NCBI GenBank assembly: GCA_002269645.1
Contig: NIVC01000731.1
Location: 62,001-126,000, forward strand
Length of the DNA: 64,000 nt
Reading direction: 5' to 3'
From: Macrostomum lignano
Taxonomy: Eukaryota
Made by a program: the position numbers and the translations under genes. Numbering within the stretch: position 1 is the first letter of the stretch; the number at the start of each line of letters is the position of its first letter. This document shows, piece by piece, positions 48,245-59,809 of the stretch. The notes beneath the pieces are model-generated. The model searched no databases. It was given only the letters and a program-made list of their open reading frames with translations, and was not told where the DNA came from.

Positions 48245-50274
48245 TCACAAATGGCGACTGTTGTAACACCGCACAGGTGCCAGGAGCCTTTCAGCGAAGA
48301 GAGGATGCGTGCTCGCCACCTTGTATCTCTCCCAATGCAGGAGGAAGTCTCTGTGCATCGACTCCGTGCATTGTTCGCTCCATGGCCCCAGGCCTGTTTT
48401 GTCCTTGGCGCGGCAGAAGTCACCGACGTGGTGGAAAATCGCGTGGATTTTTGGACTGATGGAAATGCCGAGATCGGCATAACTAGTGCGAAATTCCTGA
48501 ATCGCCTGCTTGAAATTGGGACGCAGCTCACTCCCGAAGCATGACACCACGACCGAGTTCAACGCTCGAAGGGCGGCAACAAACGGCAGCGCTGCCATCG
48601 GGCACATCGCTTCTAGCAGGTCCACGTTGCGCAGCAACTTGCGGCTCGTATTGCCAGTGAAGCTGCCACCGTGATGCTTGTCACGTTGGACATTGCAAGC
48701 TGTAAGCCAAGCTTCGCTCTCGGGCCACACACCATGCAGACCCTCGTACAGTACATGGACCGCACCGGTCAGCAGGTGCAGCTCCGGCGGAGGGACAATG
48801 TGCAACACCGGGACTTCAACTCCAGCGGAAAAGATGCTGGGCTGGACGACGTTATCGAAGTGCTTAGCTAGTTGGCGTTCACCACCAGCAGCCAGGTAGG
48901 CCTGGTATTTCTCACTGAGGCTGCCAAAGGTCCTTGGCTCGCCACAGCTGTCAAGGCTCCCTTTATTGACGTTGCACCAGGTGCAGGGATGCGAGCTGCT
49001 GTGGGCCATCAAGCCGAGCAGGATGTTGGCAAGCTTCAGGTCGCACGCGATGCTGATGTTCGCCGACAGAAGCTGCAGGCGGCAGCTCTCCCAGAGACAC
49101 TCCAGGTTCCTGTGGTTCTCCTGCGTGTTGGGAGCGATGCCAAGGATGACGGCCCGATGCACGCCAGTGTCGAGGAATCGGCGATCAGCCCCCTTCTGCT
49201 GCTCCTCACCAGCACACACGCACAGGTCAAAAACGGATATCGAGAGCTTCAAGAACCCACCTCCACCATCGATTCCAATTCTGACGACTGTGGAAGCAAC
49301 ATCCATCAGCCGGCGGTTTGCAATCATGCGGCCCAGGAGCTCGACCACATCAGTGCAGACAACGGCCCACTGCTCAGCTGGAGTCTGCCTTCCCCTCTCT
49401 TCTCGGATAAACGCCAGCTGCTTCGCTTGGAAGAGGTCATCCAGTTCGTGATCCATCTCCCTCAATGTCTGCCGGATGTTGCTCTGGACAGCTGAGGCGC
49501 CAATCGAAGACCGAAGATTTCGAAGTACAACCTCCGTTTTGCGCGAACTGAGGCCCAGCTCACCTTGCAGATGACGCATATTATCCGCCGTGAAGACCGC
49601 TGTTGGCTTCGGAGGCGGCGGATTCACGGCCAGCCTCATTGAGGGTCCAGCGTTGGATGCCAGCACGGTGATGCCCGAGGCTGTGTCTCCGGAGCCTGAA
49701 GTAATAAGTTTCTGCCGCACAATTGTTGTGGCGAGCCGCTCTGGGAATTCCGGGGACGCTTCCTGCAACAGGGCATGCGCATTCTGCAGTCTTGTGGGTC
49801 TGTTGCATGTGTGCGGCTTGCCCCTGCCAATAGGACTGATGCAGAAGGAGCAGACCTTGACCATTTCGGGCTTGGGCGTTGTAGCCTCGTCCGCCGTCAA
49901 ACTCGGCCGCCCAACAGACCGCTTTGGGACGTTGGCTTCTGGAGGATGGACTCTGCATCTGGCAGTGCTGCAGATCTTACAGTCGCATCCATCTTGGCCC
50001 ACTGATCGGGTCACCGGCAGTGGCTGCACGTCCCTGAAGTCATACATCGGTGGCACATCAGCCCGTTGGCCCTTCTCCAGCTGCTGCAGAGCGAATCTGC
50101 ACGTGCCACAAATTGCCTTAGGAACGCGATTATCGTGCAGATCGTAGAGCCAGCCACTGTGCCGATTGATGATGGCCAGCATCCAGGGCGTAACGGATCG
50201 CTACGCTACTCTTTTGCCTTCGAAAAGCACAAAATGCAGATCCGATTGAGGCAATCTTCGTGTGACAGTGGCAT
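48245..50274 (-). CDS. Chapaev transposase; 645-aa ORF from 50182, with the N-terminal 22 codons (from ATG 50274) separated by a stop/frameshift
   Basis: H-x7-C-x2-C (HEDCLNRICILC) and D..P..IC..C zinc motifs. Putative catalytic D (IDGGGG), D (CDLK), E (ESMH). Also CTWC, PELH, H-x4-H, and C-terminal YNSRH. Confidence 0.85.
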
Positions 50275-50666
50275 GACAAAAACTGTGTACACGCAAGCAC
50301 AATCGTTGCAACTAAATGTTTGGATGAAACACTTTTAGACAGAGTTGGACAACAAAACCTCTTCAAACGGGACCTCCTTACGTTTGAGGTTTGACGTTTA
50401 TATTGATGAAAAACATAAATGAGCACGATGGCATTACAAGACTGAGGGTGGTTCGGCGAGTGCTTGGTGCAAAGAGCACACACCAATGTACAATATCATA
50501 CTTTGTATGTACAGCTCAGGAAGAGAGAGAGCAAGCCACAGCGTACGAGTGCTTACCTACGTATGTAGAATGGTGGAGGGATTGGCTGAGGGTAAAGCTT
50601 TGGGTCTGGGCGGGCTGGGTGGATCTGAACCAGTGACTCATCCGAACAGGGTGAGTACGAGTATAA

Positions 50667-50797
50667 AGGCTCATTCACAACGCCATCAAACAAGCAACCA
50701 TACTCACATGACTTACGTACAAAGGGATGAAAAACTATGCAAATGTCGTGTGATCACTTGAAATTTGGTCTCGTTTGACGGTGGTGTGAATGGGCCT
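50667..50797. mobile_element. PIF/Harbinger (Tourist-like) MITE nested in the Chapaev element
   Basis: Imperfect TIRs AGGCTCATTCACA / TGTGAATGGGCCT with TAA on both sides. Confidence 0.7.
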
Positions 50798-51659
50798 TAA
50801 GACTCTCTTGTGGTAGGCCCATCCAAGTCAAATGTGTAGCTTTTAGGCATCAACCAATCATTGATGAATATCAGTAACATGTTTTTTAATGCTTGCCTTT
50901 GATCCTGGACTCAATCGAATTGATTTCTAAACAGTACGGTGATACTTTGCTTTTTTATTAATTCGTCTATGGTAAAAACTGAAAATAGCACTTTTTGAGC
51001 TAAAACGAACAACTACGATTTTTATTTTTTCATCTAAGGAATCCTTACTAATTCGAGTATCGATTGTGACAAATAGCTAATTTTTTAGCAATTTTCCGAC
51101 TATGGTAGCACCGTGTGGGAAGTAGCCCTGCTTCAGGAGACTATGCGTCGAGCAGTTTGCACAGAGGGCAAAGTCAGCAGAGGTTTCTGCAAAACTCGGA
51201 AAAATGTAAAAACACATTGCATGCAGAAAGAATGCATAATTAAGTACACTATAGGTTGAGAAGAGTTCTATTATTTTATTTCACATGTAAATTTTATGTA
51301 AATAATGTGAAAATCACCGAAAAATTATATACAATAGTTTCTTTTAAGCTAAGAATCAAAAGCTAAAGCAACTCTTGCCCCCATGCTCGTCAATAAGCGA
51401 AATGGCGAAAGTGTGCCCAGCTACAGTCGACTCTGAGCAAAAATTGTCATCTTGGGCCTCATTGGAGCTGCTTCGGTTGAAAACAAATTGCCCTAAGGGT
51501 TGAGGGGTAAAGATTTACATCGCTTTGTGAGGGTACCAAATTTTTATTTATTTGATGAGCTGGCCTTTATAATTCAATTAGGGAATGTAAGATATAACAT
51601 AGCAGTACTAAAAAACTGTTATACAAAATATAACAGGAGTAAATTACATTCCACTCATG

Positions 51660-52020
51660 GAATCGATGCGGAAGGAACCGACCATGTGACAACTCTTTGC
51701 AATCCGAGCAAAATTGGGCTCTGCAGTTGCAGCAAAAAAATGTGGCGACGTTGCATCCGCATCTAATACAGATGGACTGCAGAAAGAAGTACTTGAAGTT
51801 AAAAGAATACGTCACAGGATTCTCCGAGATGTCCCAGGGGATGGTCGACGCCAGTGTTGACTCTAGCTCTTCTGACGAGTGTACTTCTGACGATGATGGT
51901 GGACATTGATAATCAGCAGCATCTCCACCACGAACACCACTACCACGATTGTTTCCTCCTCTGCCACGAGCGCCTCCGCGAGGAGCGCCACCGCCACGAG
52001 CACTGTGGTTAATAAAATGG
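51660..52020 (+). pseudogene. Possible degenerate Myb/SANT-like fragment plus Ser/Thr-rich tail
   Basis: VATLHPHLIQMDCRKKYLKLKEY resembles the third helix of SANT/MADF domains. GTGAGT donor near 52020. Weak. Confidence 0.2.
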
Positions 52021-52194
52021 TGAGTGCCTTCACCCCTCGGACCCCTCTGACATAAAGTTTTACGGCGCGCCTCCTCATTTAAGACGATGCGCTCTGAAAG
52101 CTAAGTATGAAGTATAATTTTATATATTTACACACATGGAATAGCAAGCTTTTGCCATTGCTTGACTATCTCCACAACTCTGTATAAGCAAGTG

Positions 52195-53085
52195 AGAGCA
52201 GGGGAGGGTAGCTAGGGAGAGCAGGGGGTAGCTAGGGAGAGCATTGGGTAGCTAGGGGGAGCAATGGGTATCTAACGAGTGCGATGTGTAGCTAAGGAGA
52301 GCAAGGGTAGCTAGGAAGAGCATGGCTAGCTAGGAAGAGCAGGGCTGGCTAGGGAGAGCAGGGGGTAGCTAGGGAGGGTGGGGAATAGCTAGGGAGAGCA
52401 TTGGGTAGCTAGGGGGAGCAATGGGTAGCTAAGGAGAGCAGGGTGTAGCTAGGGAGAGCAATGGGTAGCTAGGGAGAGCAGGGTGTAGCTAGGGAGAGCA
52501 GGGTGTAGCTAGGGAGAGCAAGGGTGTAGCTAGGGAGAGCAAGGGTAGCTAAGGAGAGCAATGGGTAGCTAGGGAGAGCAGGGGTAGCTTAGGAGAGCAG
52601 GGTGTAGCTTGGGAGAGCAGGGGGTAGCTAGGGAGAGCAGGGGGTAGCTAGGGAGAGCAGGGTGTAGCTAGGGAGAGCAGGGGGTAGCTAGGGAGAGCAG
52701 GGGGTAGCTAGGGAGAGCAGGGGGTAGCTAGGGAGAGCAGGGGGGTAGCTAGGGAGAGCAGGGGGGTAGCTAGGGAGAGCAGGGGGTAGCTAAGGAGAGC
52801 AATGGGTAGCTAGGGAGAGCAGGGGTAGCTAAGGAGAGCAGGGTGTAGCTAAGGAGAGCAGGGGGTAGCTAGGGAGAGCAGGGTGTAGCTAGGGAGAGCA
52901 GGGTGTAGCTTGGGAGAGCAGGGTGTAGCTTGGGAGAGCAGGGGGTAGCAAGGGAGAGCAGGGGGTAGCTAGGGAGAGCAGGGGGTAGCTAGGGAGAGCA
53001 GGGGGTAGCTAGGGAGAGCAGGGGGTAGCTAGGGAGAGCAGGGGGTAGCTAGGGAGAGCAGGGGGTAGCTAGGGAGAGCGGGGAA
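52195..53085. repeat. ~20-bp minisatellite (GGGAGAGCAGGGGGTAGCTA)
   Basis: Tandem units. Confidence 0.95.
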
Positions 53086-54010
53086 TAGAGCGGCGGTTAA
53101 AAAAATTTGTTTAGGCAGTTTTTTAGAACTTTGAATTCCCGCCTTTGTTAACTCGGCACTCGTAAAGCCGGAAAGTTGCACCAATTTGTTCAAGTCGCTT
53201 TTCTCCTTTGATACTCCGTCTTCCGGGTCCTCAATTCCGGGGGGGTAGTCGTAATCGCAGTCGAGCGGTCTTGAGCAGGCACAGTCGTTCAGATTGTATA
53301 CACAGCGGTCTTGACACCGTAAATTTCACTGTTCGCCGATTCGCTTAACTGATTACTTTCAGTAGTAGAGTAGCGCTGCCACCACCGTAATTTCGTATTA
53401 CGGATCGTTGAGATCTCAGTGCTCGTTCGGAGCTGAGATAAATTACGTTGTTTTACGCCCCGTGGGCAAATGACTCAAGAAAAACTATTAAGGGCTTGGA
53501 TTATTTAATGAAAATAGTTATTAAGCAGGGATTTATTATTAATTGTTATTTTCAGCCGACAAAATATTAATGCTGCTAACGATCGAGATTACCACGGCGG
53601 TGCCGGGTGCGGAATAATATATGAGTAACTGGTTAAACTATTAAGACTGCAAGCAAATTAATTAATTTAAAACTTTGACTGAGTAAATGTATTAGGACGA
53701 ACACGAAGAGAAAAACACGGATCACTAAACCAATTAAACAAGGAGGGGAAGGAAGGAAGAAGGAAAACTGGCTTTGGTGCGACACAAACTGGCCGTATAA
53801 ATATAAAAAATAAAAACAATCCTGCGACAGATGGGGCAGCGAATGGGGCAAAGGATGGTGCAGCGGACGGAACTACAGAAAACGCACGGGAACAGAAAAA
53901 CAAAAATTATTAACGCCAAACGATGGGGCAGCGGATGACGGGAAAGGGCCATCAGCGGGTCACGTTAAATTTAGTCATTCGTCAAACAATGGTAGTTTCG
54001 CCCTACCACA
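53085..54010 (-). mobile_element. LTR-A (~930 bp); its 3' end is obscured by the minisatellite
   Basis: Begins TGTGGTAGG on minus at 54010. Shares colinear blocks with LTR-B and LTR-C. Confidence 0.65.
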
Positions 54011-54943
54011 AACCCATTACTAGACGGGTAGTATAAAGCGGGGCATAAATTACTAGTTGTATCACGCTCTACTTCCGTCTAGACGGTTGACTATAGGGTG
54101 TGAGGTGGGGGTGGAGAAAGTTTTTAAAAGGTTGGCGGGTTTGCTGACACCAATGAGGTGGGGCGGATTCCACGTTTGAATTCCCGCCGGCGTTGCGTTC
54201 GCACGAATAATCCGGAAATCGCGCAGACGAATCACAACGAAACTCTTTCTCCTGTTTTACTCCGACTGCCGGGGTCCTCAAATTCCGGGGGAGGGTAGTC
54301 GTAATCGTAGCAGAGCGGTCGTGTAGCGGTCGTTTAAATGGCAGACACCGATATTCTGACACCGTAAGTTAATGGGTCGATTTGCAGAGCTTGTTACTTT
54401 TAGTAGGGTAGATCTGCCACCACCGTAATTTACGTATTACGGAACAAATAAGTCTCAGAAACTTTCTTTGAGCTGAGAACTTTGATTGTTTCACGCCCCG
54501 TGGGCAAATGACTCAAGATAGGCTATGGCTTAACGTCAACGAATAATTAATGAGCGTAGCGATTACGGATTGGTTATTATTGGGGTTATTAATTAATTTG
54601 AGATAGTATTATAGCAGGCTAATCGCTGAATAAAATAAAACAACAAAGATGACTTCACGAGCGGCACCGGGGTGCTGAATTATGAGAGCGATAAACTAGT
54701 TAATGAACTAAATAGACTCGGTTATTAATCGAGCAAATTACTAAGGAGGAAAAGGTAAACGGAACGGCAAGGGAGGGAGAGAGAAAGCGAGAGAGGGAGC
54801 GGGATGAGGAAAGGCAGGGCTCGGGACAGCGGTTTAAATAAAACCGGGAAAACATACAAACGATGGAGACAGGCGTTGGACAGAGCAGTGGGCAGCAAAA
54901 TTCAGGGGATGGACACAGGGACTACTCAATTCTCGGGACGGGA

Positions 54944-55602
54944 AACGGCCAAATCATGCAGAAAAAAGATGGAGGCCGATTTTCTCTGTTCTCTGCTGAT
55001 CTTATGTTTTATCGCAAGAGTTTCAGCTTTTCACTATGTACACAAAATTTATCCCTCTTCAACTTCCTGTAGCCTGTTTCTACTCAAATAATTTCGGATA
55101 AATGCTAGGAGACATTTTATACAGTACCCCTTTAATACACAAACTCGATGCTTGATAAGCTAAGTGCATCTGTTGTAGAAGTCTATGGGAAACATTGAAG
55201 CAAGAGCAAATGAAAATTTCTGTCGTGTCGTGGCTACCCAGCCAAGTTAACTTACAGAGGAGTCCAAAGTTGACTATTTATTTGCATTCTATGGTATCAG
55301 TCCTTACCTTATAGGCCATCACATAATACAAGCTTTCACTTCTTGCTTCAATGTTTCCCATAGACTTCTACAACAGATGCACTTAGCTTATCAAGCATCG
55401 AGTTTGTGTATTAAAGGGGTACTGTATAAAATGTCTCCTAGCATTTATCCGAAATTATTTGAGTAGAAACAGGCTACAGGAAGTTGAAGAGGGATAAATT
55501 TTGTGTACATAGTGAAAAGCTGAAGCTCTTGCGATAAAACATAAGATCAGCAGAGAACAGAGAAAATCGGCCTCCATCTTTTTTCTGCATGATTTGGCCG
55601 TT
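54944..55602. mobile_element. Foldback/MITE with 262-bp near-perfect inverted arms
   Basis: 54944-55205 is the reverse complement of 55341-55602 with one mismatch seen. Flanks are GGA/GAA, so the TSD is ambiguous. Confidence 0.9.
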
Positions 55603-55691
55603 GAATTTGGGATTGAACAGACGATGGACGTGGAAAACGGAAAATGACAGCCAATGGAAAAAGGGGGGAATTCGCATGCGATTAATGATGA

Positions 55692-57718
55692 TGAGGTCAG
55701 GGGGGTTTTGAAAAAAAACCTTGGGATTGGTCGCCGCTCTGGTTGGTCGCAGGCGCTCTCGGCTGATAACAGTTGTTATCGGCGCCGCGGTTGCCGACTG
55801 TTCTTCGGCTCAGCTCCTCGAGCTGTCTGCGGAGAGCTTCGAGGGCTCGCTGTTGCTGGCGGATCGCATCACTCTGCTGTCACAGCAAATCTCGCAGTAG
55901 GCTTCTTCGGGCCGCGCTTGCTTCGGCGTGCTTCCCGCGGCAGCTGCAGCAGGGGTCTCGCCGTCTACGTTGTCGACGACTCGAACTGGACGATGGCCGA
56001 GGGCCACTCGCTGCGCCAACTGGGCCGCGGTCTCCAGCCGCTTAAATGTTCGCTTGGCTGCGATGAGATTGGCCGGTCGGACCAGGATGAGCTGCTCTCT
56101 GGCCGACGGCGTGGCCCGAATGCCGACTACGAACTGGTCGACAATCTCGGCGTCCTTTTGCACCGGCGAAAAGTGCGGGAACGCCTTGTCGGCGAGCACG
56201 ATGAGTCGATCCCCAAAATCATCAACGCTTTCGTTCTTACCCTGAATACAGAAACGAAATTCTTCTCTAAAGCTGAGGGTGTCGGCAGGCTGCGTGTATC
56301 GCTCCGACAGTCGCTGGCGGAACTCCTCGTAGCTCAGGTGATCCGGCAGGGACATCCTGACGATAGCTGGATAGGTCGTGGCGACTTCCATGTTCACCAG
56401 GACCTAAGCCTTCTTGCGTCGGGGGTGGGTGATGCCATTCGGCGTGTAGCGCTGAATCTTCAGGGGCGGAGGGCCGTCGTTCCGGGGCTGCTGATAGACA
56501 TGATGATGGTGTCGCTGGCCTAGGTCGGTCCTCTCCAGCCTCTGTCTTACTTCTTTGGTGACCGCTCGGAGCATGTCCTCGTAGGTCGGCTGCGGCTGAT
56601 CTTCGGTTACCGCGTCTGCTGCATCCTTCTGAGATGCTGTGGCCATCCTGAATGTCGTCGAAGGGATCTCGGCGTTTCGTATCCCACCTCTGCCACCAGT
56701 GAGGTCGGGGGGAGGGTTTGAAAAAAAACCTCGGGGTTGGTCGCCGGGTTTAATCTGTTCGTTCCAGCCGTTCGAATCGGTGCGCTTCGACGTTTCAAAC
56801 AAACTTAAACGAAGATCTCGGCTGGCAGATGACGGGGAGCTCCGCTGCTGGGTTCCTCAGGCTCAGGGGGGAGGGTAGCTATGGTTGCGGCTGAGCGGTC
56901 TAGTTTTGCCGACGTTCAGAATGCCGGATGCAGACTTTGTAGCCGAAATAAGGGACTTCAAAAATAAGCTAAATTTTGTAGAGAGTCTTACTAATAGTAG
57001 TAGGTCGCTGCCACCACCGCGATTATACGCGAGAAAAGCTCTAAGGCTTACAACTAGCTTGAGTTCCGCTCTAGCGCTTCTCAGTAGACCTCTAAGGGTA
57101 AAAATAAATTCTTCTGAGGTCACGAAGGCTAAGACACCGTTTCACACACAAGATTAAATGGGCCGAAGTAGCAAGTGGCCAAAACCGGATATTACTATTA
57201 TTATTTAACAAACGCAAAGAGATTATTGGCTACAGACAAATACTAACTTAAATATTATTGTTAAATTGCTGAGCGAGGAGTTGGTCGGGTCGGGAGGTCG
57301 GGCTTACAATTAGGGGCCTCGTAGTGGGCTGTAGCTAAGGAAGGTGGGCGATTCCACGGAGTTCGGGGCAAGGGCCACGAGAGTCTGGCTGGGAAAGGCG
57401 GGGCGCAGACTCTTAAAAAGGGCTCTCATGAACCACCGGGAGGAAACGGGTTACCCCGGGTGTGACAGGAGAGACACCGGGTGGGGAGAGAGGAGGGTAC
57501 ACCAGGTGGTGATGATCAAACACCGGGTGGACCCTAAGGAAAAGCACAGACAAACAAAAATTATACGGGAGATGGGAAGGGAAATACCTTAAGGGAAACG
57601 GATTTCCACGCAGGGAAATGACGTCAGCAATGCGCAATTTACTGGTGAGCAAATCCACACGGCGGAATTGAGTTACGTTTGGTGGGAGTAGTGGGAGGCC
57701 AGGCCTTAGCCTACCACA
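55692..57718 (-). mobile_element. Internally deleted Ty3/Gypsy element: 5' LTR-C (57718-56700), tRNA-Leu PBS (56698-56679), gag, and the last ~45 bp of the 3' LTR
   Basis: 4-bp TSD ATGA at 55688-55691 and 57719-57722. Both ends are ...GACCTCA on minus. PBS TGGTGGCAGAGGTGGGATAC. Confidence 0.8.
55694..56646 (-). pseudogene. gag: gag (capsid-like) pseudogene
   Basis: QGKNESVDDFGDRLIVLADKAF retrotransposon-gag motif. In-frame TAG at 56406-56404 and a frameshift near 55900 before a coiled-coil segment. Confidence 0.8.
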
Positions 57719-59809
57719 ATGAGTTTATTAAAGTAATATAAATATCAGAGTTTAATTGTGGCATCCCGCCTGCCACAGGTGTTATTTTATGCAGTTGCAT
57801 TTTATATTGGCTGAACTTAGGCCTAACAAATAAAATTTTACTTATTATTATGATGTCTTATAAGAAATAGGCCAACTTTAAAATAGGAAAGCTATGTCAT
57901 TGTCAATCAATTGTACTTTTGCGTATGTGAGCATTAAAGAAATTAATTTAGGGCCTATGACTAAGTATCCAGACCTAGCCTTTAAGTAGATAAAGTACTT
58001 ATTAAATTGTCTTATTGTCATTAGTTTTTCATTGCTGATCAAATTTGTATTGACTATTGTTTTTGGTATTTTAAATGTATAGGATAGGTCAAACTATAGT
58101 CTAAATTGCAACATTCTTAACATTTATAATCTTGAAGTTTTTCTCTAATGCTTTGCAGGCAATCGTTTGGTTTCCTGTGTTAAATTATCTTATGTATAGA
58201 ACTTTGACCCATCAGTTTTTATTGACACTAAAATGTATATAGCAGGGTGGGGTGGCTGCACACTGGAAAAACAAGTAGAATAGAGTAGCTGTCCAAGGGA
58301 TGAGAAGTGATGAGTCATCATGCAGAATCATGCTATTTGCTTAGTTTGCATTGCAACTGAAATGAACACATTTAAATTTAATATAATTTATTGCAGCAAA
58401 CCAAAAGATTGCCACTTTGCATATTTGATATTTAAAATCTTAATATTATTATTAGGGATGCTAAAAACTGTCAATATTATAGAATTGATTAACTAGTTTA
58501 AAACCCAGTTTTTGGCCAAAACCAGTTTTAAAGCTGGTTTTTCTATTTTTGCTGTTAGACCACTCAAAAAAGTCATTTAGCATGCTTGCACCATAAAAAT
58601 ATGCTTGAAATTAATTTCGTATCATATTTTCTTTTTTAGTGTACTTTTCTATCACCAAATAAAGAGTGCATTCAATTTATTATTAATTTTCAATTGAAAA
58701 TTTGTTAGGGTTGGCAGTTTTCTCTGGTGCAAACAGATAAGGTAGAATAATAACTAGAAAAAGTAACTCTGTGCATTAACACACTGTATTCTTTGCTTTC
58801 TCGACTGATCTCATTATCTCATTATCAATAGAAAGTAACTGCTTAAAAGCTATATAAAAAATATTATAATTTGCTAAAATTTGCCTAAAGCTCAGAGTTA
58901 GATTTTTAAGTCCTACACTCCTACCAGTCCTACTCCTAAGGGCCTATACTAGTCTTATACAACTTATACTTTTAATATACCAAAAGTATCAAATCAAAAT
59001 CCAACCACGTTATTCACAACAAAATCATGACAATGACAATGACAATAGGTAATAGTTGATAATTAATTTGATATTAAAATAGATATATTGCATATTGCTT
59101 TGCTCATTTGATCAATATGATTATTAGATTAGGCCCTATTCCTTTTCATAATACATATTTCATCTACAAATTGTGATTTGTAATTCATAAATTACAGTTG
59201 AATAGATACAAATTTTTGCATAGAAATACAATAGGCCTAGTTTGTATTAATTACAACACGCGATGTAACAATACAAAAAAAACTGCAACATGACATCTTA
59301 CCTTGTTTATAAAATAAAACACTAAAAATTGTTAACAAAAGAATTTAGAAGTGCAAAAACCAGACCAAAAAACAGTTATTGAAAATGTTTTTTGGGGCTA
59401 AAACAGATTTTTTGGTTAACTGGTTAACCAGAATTGGCATCCCTACTTAATATGCATTTGTTACTACTTTATTGTAGTATTATTTAATTTTTTATTTAAT
59501 GTCTTGTAGACTATAGGTACTTATATTTATTGTATTAATATAAATTTTTAATTTCTATCAAGTAAAGGAATGGGAAATATAGGAAGTTAATCTTTGACAT
59601 AATGGCAAACCAATTTTATAGACTTTAATGGCAATTTATTGTATTGTATTGTATTTATTGTATTCAAATGCAATAATATAAGTAAGGTTTTAATTAACAA
59701 TAAAATAAAACAATCAGCGTCATAATGTTGCTTTAAACAGGAAATAATTAAGCAATAAAAATTATTTTTCTGCAACAATATAACTTAACTAATTACAGGC
59801 CCAGCAGTC

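Larger units (their letters stand above)
47504..51115 (-). mobile_element. Chapaev (CMC superfamily, RAG1/Transib-related) DNA transposon, 3612 bp
   Basis: Imperfect ~150-bp TIRs starting CACGGTGCTACCATAG. 4-bp TSD TGGG at 47500-47503 and 51116-51119. Internal transposase. Confidence 0.88.
54154..57777 (-). mobile_element. LTR-B (~935 bp net), interrupted by a foldback MITE and a gag-only Gypsy element; followed by a PBS-like TGGTGTCAGC at 54152-54143
   Basis: Minus strand reads TGTGGCAGG (57777)...ACCTCA (54154). Segments 54154-54943, 55603-55691 and 57723-57777. Confidence 0.6.

Noticed and set aside
53400-53450. Hammerhead ribozyme in the LTRs (retrozyme hypothesis)
   Set aside because: The CTGAGA-containing stems do not give a CUGANGA plus GAAA core on either strand.
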